A stretch of DNA of 64,000 nucleotides from an uncultured delta proteobacterium. GTDB taxonomy: Bacteria; Desulfobacterota; Binatia; Binatales; Binataceae. The stretch spans positions 1,888,001 through 1,952,000 of the forward strand of contig CAWJET010000001.1 in NCBI GenBank assembly GCA_963842085.1. Direction: 5' to 3'. This document shows, in pieces, positions 58,784-64,000 of this stretch; within the stretch, counting starts at the first letter, position 1; each line of letters starts with the position of its first letter. Below the pieces are notes generated by a model, which was not told where the DNA came from, ran no database searches, and saw only the letters and a program-made list of their open reading frames with translations. Both the position numbers and the translations under genes were made by a program.

Positions 58784-58977
58784 TGGGAGACAGAGCCGCA
58801 AGTTCGAGATCAATGACAGACTACGCCGAGGACGCAACGCCGTTCAAACCGGCGCGCGCTTGCAAGCGGGGGGAAGATAAAATCGCAAGCCAGAAATGGT
58901 GCGCATTCGGCGCGCATCGACTACACTTGCCGGCGTGTTGCGAACCAGTTCGAAGTTGCTGATGTGAGGATCCCCGT

Positions 58978-61503
58978 ATGCGCCGTGTCATCGTAATCGC
59001 CGCCGCAATTGTCGGCGCCATCGTGATTTTCGCCGGTGCCATCCTCTTTTATGCCGCGACCAACCTGAACTCGATCATCGCCGAACGCCGCCAGACTATC
59101 CTCGCCAAGGTCAGCAACGCGCTCGGCCGCCAGGTCCACGCCGACGACATCAAGGTGAGCCTCGGCTGGGGAATCATGGCCGACGTGACCGGCGTCCAGG
59201 TGGCAGACGATCCCGACATTTCGAAAAAGCCGTTCATCGAGGCAAGCAACGTTTACACGCGACTGCAACTGTTGCCCCTGCTGGCGCGCCGGATCGAGGT
59301 CACCGAAGTCGTGCTCGACAAGCCCGTGATCCGAATCGTTCAAACCCGCGACGGCAAGCTCAACGTGACGACGCTCGGCAGGAAGAAAGTCGAGAGCGAA
59401 GCGGAGTCGGGCGAGGCCGAGAGCAGGAAAGGCGGGGGCGCGACCGAAGAATCGCCGATGGCCGAAGCGGGCCGGGCGCCGTCGGCGCTGGGCTCGTTGT
59501 TCGTGCAGAATTTTACGATCAATGAGGGCACCTTGACCTATGAGACTGAAGGCGCGCCGCAGGGAGCGACCGTCAATGCGATCGACCTCAAGGTCCGCGA
59601 TTTCGGCTTCAATGCGCCCTTCACCGTCGCGCTCACCTTCGCCGCGCTCGCCGACCAGCAGAACTTCGATCTTTCGGCGACGATCGGGCCGCTGATCAGC
59701 AACGGCGTGCTCGATGTCGACGCGATTCCGCTGACGGGCAAGGCCAAAGTCGGGCCGCTTCAACTGACGCAGCTTGCGACGATCCCGATACTCGCGAAAT
59801 CGATTCCGCCGAAGCTCTCGATCTCCGGTCCGCTCAGCCTCGATGCCACCGCTGACGGCACCGTTCAGTCGATCAAATTCAACGTGACGAGCGATTTGAG
59901 CGCGCCTGCAATAACCTTCGGCGATACGTTCAGCAAGCCTGCCAACCTGCCGCTGAAGATATCGGCCGAGGGTTCGCGGACCGGCTCTGCCGTGGGAGTG
60001 ACCCTCGCCAACGTCACTCTCGGCGACCTCGAAGCGAAGGCAGCCAATATCAAGGTAGGAGGCGGCACGACCGCGGCTCACGTCGACACCAACAATTTCG
60101 ATATCGCTTCGCTCGCAAAAACGATTCCCGCGCTTGGCAAGTACAACCTCGCGGGCAAAGTCGAGATTCATGCCGACGCGGCGCTTGCGGAGGGCAAGGT
60201 GTCGGCTGACGGCACGGTCGCGCTCGCGGGCGTCGGATTGTCGCTACCCGATCAGAAAGCGCCCCCGCTGAGCAATCTCAGTGGCGACGTCAAGCTCACG
60301 GGCACCAGTGCCGACATTGGGCCGCTGACGTTCAATCTGGGCGCGCAGCAGGCCACGTTGAAGTCGCACGTCGACCAGTTCCAGCCGTTGGTAATGAGCT
60401 ATGAGCTGAATGCGGCCGCGGTTCGCCTGGCCGATCTCGTGCCCTCGCGGCCGCCCGACGAAGTGATCAACCAGCTTTTTGCCAAGGGCACGGTCTCGAT
60501 GGGTGGGAGGAATGTTACCACGGTCGATTCCGATATCACCTCGCCGTCGGGAAACCTGGCGAACGTTCCGTACCAGAACTTGAAGCTGTCGGCGTCGCTC
60601 GCCGACCAGCTTGCGCGGGTGACGATGCTGAAGTTGAAGGCGTTTTCAGGCGACATCGTCGCGACGGGAAACACGCGGCTCGCGGCGTCGGCGCCGATGG
60701 AAGCGTCGATCAGTTTTACCAATATCGACGTTCAACAGGCGCTCGACTCGCAAAAATCGAAGGCTGCGGGGACCGTTCGCGGGACGCTGGGCGGAAATAT
60801 CAACGTCACCGGGAAGACCGGCAGCTTCGACGAGATGAAGCCGACGCTGAAGGGCAGCGGCAAGCTGACGCTGACCAACGGCAAGCTGGTCGGCGTCAAT
60901 ATCGGCGGCCAGGCGCTCAAGAAGGTGCAGCACCTGCCCGCGATTGGCAACCTGGTTCCCGATGCGGTCGTCAAGAACCATCCCGAGCTGTTCAGCGATC
61001 CCGACACCGACATCCAGCTCGCGAGTCTGACCTTTGTGCTTACCGGGCCGCGAATCACGTCGCACGACATCAAGGTGCAGACGCTGGACTACAATCTGCT
61101 CGGCGACGGATGGTTCGACATAGACAAGAATATCGACCTGGCGGCGCGAATCGTGCTCTCGCCGCAATTCAGCAAGGAACTGATCGAGCAGAAGCAAGAA
61201 GTCGCGTTCATCGCGAATAAGTACGGACAAATCGACATCCCGCTGCAAGTCGTCGGGCAACTGCCCAAGCCGCAGGTCCTGCCCGACGTGACTGAACTTG
61301 CGCAACGCGCGGCAAATCACGCGGTGCAGGCACAGGGTCAGAAGTACCTGGGCAAGGTTTTCGGTAAGAAGGGACTGCCGGGAGGATTGAGCAAGTTTCT
61401 CGGCGGCGACTCGGGCGGAAATAACGGCTCCGGCGGTGGAGCACCCGCGGGCGGCTCCAACCCTCCGCCGAATCCGCTGGATCAGCTTAAGAAGTTGTTC
61501 TGA
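58978..61503 (+). CDS. AsmA-family protein
   Basis: N-terminal TM anchor, ALGRQV, LLPLLARRIEV, long beta-rich body, AsmA-like C-terminus. Confidence 0.85.
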   Translation: MRRVIVIAAAIVGAIVIFAGAILFYAATNLNSIIAERRQTILAKVSNALGRQVHADDIKVSLGWGIMADVTGVQVADDPDISKKPFIEASNVYTRLQLLPLLARRIEVTEVVLDKPVIRIVQTRDGKLNVTTLGRKKVESEAESGEAESRKGGGATEESPMAEAGRAPSALGSLFVQNFTINEGTLTYETEGAPQGATVNAIDLKVRDFGFNAPFTVALTFAALADQQNFDLSATIGPLISNGVLDVDAIPLTGKAKVGPLQLTQLATIPILAKSIPPKLSISGPLSLDATADGTVQSIKFNVTSDLSAPAITFGDTFSKPANLPLKISAEGSRTGSAVGVTLANVTLGDLEAKAANIKVGGGTTAAHVDTNNFDIASLAKTIPALGKYNLAGKVEIHADAALAEGKVSADGTVALAGVGLSLPDQKAPPLSNLSGDVKLTGTSADIGPLTFNLGAQQATLKSHVDQFQPLVMSYELNAAAVRLADLVPSRPPDEVINQLFAKGTVSMGGRNVTTVDSDITSPSGNLANVPYQNLKLSASLADQLARVTMLKLKAFSGDIVATGNTRLAASAPMEASISFTNIDVQQALDSQKSKAAGTVRGTLGGNINVTGKTGSFDEMKPTLKGSGKLTLTNGKLVGVNIGGQALKKVQHLPAIGNLVPDAVVKNHPELFSDPDTDIQLASLTFVLTGPRITSHDIKVQTLDYNLLGDGWFDIDKNIDLAARIVLSPQFSKELIEQKQEVAFIANKYGQIDIPLQVVGQLPKPQVLPDVTELAQRAANHAVQAQGQKYLGKVFGKKGLPGGLSKFLGGDSGGNNGSGGGAPAGGSNPPPNPLDQLKKLF

Positions 61504-61540
61504 CCTTTTCTATCGTTGAGAGAAGCGCGCGCACTCATTT

Positions 61541-61586
61541 TGTCATCCTTCCTGCCGCTCGCGTTGCTCGCTTTGTCAGGATGACG
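61541..61586. repeat. Collapsed hairpin copy of the REP-like repeat
   Basis: tgtcatcct-tcctgccgctcgcgttgctcgctttgtc-aggatgac. Confidence 0.7.
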
Positions 61587-61673
61587 AGGGGGCGGGCGTT
61601 CCGAACGATGCGAGGAACCTAACCCGTAACCTTTCTCATTGTGGTAACGGGAACCGGACGCGGAGAGACTCGT

Positions 61674-64000
61674 TCACAAATTCATCTGCACGATCGTTGC
61701 GCCGGCGCCGCCGTGATGCGGTTCCGCGCCGCGAAACGATGCGCAATATGGCGACGTGCCAAGGTATTCCGTCACCGCCTTTCGCAGCGCGCCCGAGCCG
61801 ATGCCGTGCACAATCCGCACTTCCGCGCGATTGGTCAGGAACGCGGTGTCGAGAAATTCCTCGAGCTTGCGCAGCGCGTCCGCCGTTCGCATCCCGATCA
61901 GGTTCAACTCGTCACGCTCGCCGCCCTCGATGCTGAAGGTGACGGCCGCCGTTTTCTTCTGCGCGGAGCGATTTTCGGGCGCGCTCGCCGCCGACCTGCG
62001 CAGCCGCTCGGGCGCGACCTCTATCCTGAGACCGCCGCGGCTGATCACGGCGCGTCCCGCTTCGAGCACGATCAATTCGCCGCGGATGTCGCCGACCTCG
62101 ACGCTGTCGCCGACCTTGAGCGGCGCGTCGGACTCCGATAAGGCGTCGGGCGCCGGCGCGAGGCTCTCGAGTTTCGCCGCCGCCTTGGTGATGAAGCCCT
62201 TCAAGTCGGTGCGCGATTTCACCCGGGTTTTCAGCTCATCCATCAGCGCCGCACCGTCGCGCCTCAGCTCTTCGATCAGGTCCGCAACTTCGGCCCGTAG
62301 CCGCTTGCGTTCCAGCTCGGCGCGCTCGCGCGTTTTTTCAGTGTCCTGAATCAGTTCCTGCTCGACGCGAGCGAGGTTGAGTTCGCGCTCGCGCAATTTT
62401 TCGAGCTGCGCATTCAGCTTGGCGCGCTCCGCGTCCAATCTCTTCAGCGCATCGCTGAGCTCGATCGTGCCGGCGCCCATCGATTGTTCGGCCGCGCGAA
62501 TTATTTCCTCGGGCAATCCGAGCCGGCGCGCGACTGCCAGTCCGTAGCTCTGCCCGATCGTATGCGGCTTCAGGCGATACAGCGGCGCCAGGTGCTCGGC
62601 GTCGAAATCCACCGCGGCGGCCTCGAAGCCGGCTTGCGAGTATGCGTGCAGCTTGACCGCGGTCGAATGCGTCGCGATCGCCATCATGCAGCGCCGCGTC
62701 CCGAGATGGTTCATCAGTCCGATCGCGAGCGCCGCGCCCTCGGCGGGGTCGGTGCCCGCGCCCGGCTCGTCGAGAATCACCAGCGCCGGCTCGTCCAGCG
62801 ATCTGATTATCTCCGACAAGTTTGCGATATGCCCCGAAAAGCTCGACAGGTTGGATTCAATCGACTGCTCGTCGCCGATATCGGCGAACACGCTGCGAAA
62901 CACCGTCGCCTTGCTGCCGGCGAGCGCCGGAATCAGCATCCCCGCCTGCGCCATCAGCGACAGCAGCCCAACCGTCTTGAGCGCGACAGTTTTTCCGCCG
63001 GTGTTTGGCCCCGAGATGACGATCCCGCGCTGTCCGGCGCCGATCTTCACGTCGATCGGAATCACGTCGCGGCCGCTGGTCATCAGCAGCGGATGCCGCG
63101 CGCCGATAAAATCGATTCCCTCGTCCACGAGCTGCGGCGCGACGCATCGAAAGCGCTCGGCGAAGAGCGCGCGCGCATTCAGCGCGTCGAGCGCGACCAT
63201 TGCGTCGAACGTGAACTGCAATTCCGGCGCGTACCCGCCGACCATCGCGGTCAGCCGCGCGAGGATTCGCGTTTCTTCCGCCTCCGCTTCGCGCTCGAGC
63301 ATCATCAGCCGGTTGTTCAGCTCGACCGCCCACAGCGGCTCGACGAACAGCGTCTCCCCCGAAACGCTTCGGTCCTGCACGATTCCCTCGAACCGTTCGG
63401 CGTAGTTCAGCTTCATCGGCAGCACGAAGCGGCGATTGCGTATCGTCACGATGTAATCGGAGACGAACGACTCCATGCCCGACGCGTTGAGCGAGCGCAG
63501 CAGCCGCGCCTCGAGTTCCGCGCGCTCGTCACGCAGCCTGCTGCGCAGCCGCTTCAACTCGGGGCTCGCGTCGTCGAGGATTGTGCCGTCGTCGGCCAGC
63601 GCACCGAGCATCGCGTCGGCCAGCTCCTTCGGCGCGAGCAGGTTCTGCACCAGCGCCGCGACGTGCGGGAAGCGCTCGACGCGCGATCGCAAAAATCCGC
63701 CGACATGGCGCGAGCCGACGATGAAATCGCGCACTTTCACCAGCGCTTCGCCGCCGAGGATCGCACCCGCGCGCTCCGCCGCCAGCAGGTACGGCCGTTG
63801 ATCGCTGAATTCGCCTATCGGTATCGAGCCGGCATGCGATCTCAGCTCGACCATTTCGGCTGTTGCGGCCAGCCGCTCCCGAACTTCATTCACGTCGACC
63901 GACGGGCGCAGTTGGGCGATTGCCTCGCGCCCCGGCTCGGAGGCGCAAAGCTCCATGACGAGGTGAATCACCTTGTCGAACTCGAGCGCTTTCAGATCGC
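61674..64000 (-). CDS. mutS2: MutS2 endonuclease / ribosome-collision sensor (start lies just outside the window)
   Basis: DLKALEFDKV at the window edge, SGPNTGGKT, DIGDEQS, LDEPGAGTDP, C-terminal Smr IVHGIGSGALR. Confidence 0.95.
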   Translation of the reverse strand, partial: DLKALEFDKVIHLVMELCASEPGREAIAQLRPSVDVNEVRERLAATAEMVELRSHAGSIPIGEFSDQRPYLLAAERAGAILGGEALVKVRDFIVGSRHVGGFLRSRVERFPHVAALVQNLLAPKELADAMLGALADDGTILDDASPELKRLRSRLRDERAELEARLLRSLNASGMESFVSDYIVTIRNRRFVLPMKLNYAERFEGIVQDRSVSGETLFVEPLWAVELNNRLMMLEREAEAEETRILARLTAMVGGYAPELQFTFDAMVALDALNARALFAERFRCVAPQLVDEGIDFIGARHPLLMTSGRDVIPIDVKIGAGQRGIVISGPNTGGKTVALKTVGLLSLMAQAGMLIPALAGSKATVFRSVFADIGDEQSIESNLSSFSGHIANLSEIIRSLDEPALVILDEPGAGTDPAEGAALAIGLMNHLGTRRCMMAIATHSTAVKLHAYSQAGFEAAAVDFDAEHLAPLYRLKPHTIGQSYGLAVARRLGLPEEIIRAAEQSMGAGTIELSDALKRLDAERAKLNAQLEKLRERELNLARVEQELIQDTEKTRERAELERKRLRAEVADLIEELRRDGAALMDELKTRVKSRTDLKGFITKAAAKLESLAPAPDALSESDAPLKVGDSVEVGDIRGELIVLEAGRAVISRGGLRIEVAPERLRRSAASAPENRSAQKKTAAVTFSIEGGERDELNLIGMRTADALRKLEEFLDTAFLTNRAEVRIVHGIGSGALRKAVTEYLGTSPYCASFRGAEPHHGGAGATIVQMNL

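Overview
High-GC bacterial core chromosome containing the replication origin. Gene content and the split ATP synthase operon suggest a Deltaproteobacteria-like lineage, possibly Ca. Binatia/Binataceae (inference only). About 63 CDS, with no rRNA, tRNA, CRISPR, prophage or transposase seen. Housekeeping content: dnaA-dnaN with a bipartite oriC (DnaA boxes plus a B. subtilis-like DnaA-trio unwinding element), hemL, F0 genes atpZ/I/B/E, mutS2, an Smr protein, AsmA, a UvrD-like helicase, fabI, gloB, hemJ, mtnA, pstS, a peptide ABC transporter, a xanthine dehydrogenase-family Mo enzyme and many CoA-metabolism genes. Most interesting: (1) a ppx - TMK-like - TMK-like - CHAD - sixA polyphosphate operon whose kinase pair (one canonical P-loop, one K->R) resembles a heteromeric PPK3-type polyP kinase; (2) an 11-bp-periodic Pho-box-like promoter motif shared by that operon and the orphan pstS 35 kb away; (3) an un-annotated 34-aa Lys/Arg-rich micropeptide gene with its own promoter, RBS, terminator and 5'-3' UTR complementarity; (4) a ~150-nt rod-like, 6S-like RNA candidate beside a Rok/H-NS-like basic protein and an RRM gene; (5) an LvaAB-like kinase pair; (6) a dispersed REP-like repeat family. 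All calls come from reading the sequence by eye; no searches were run.
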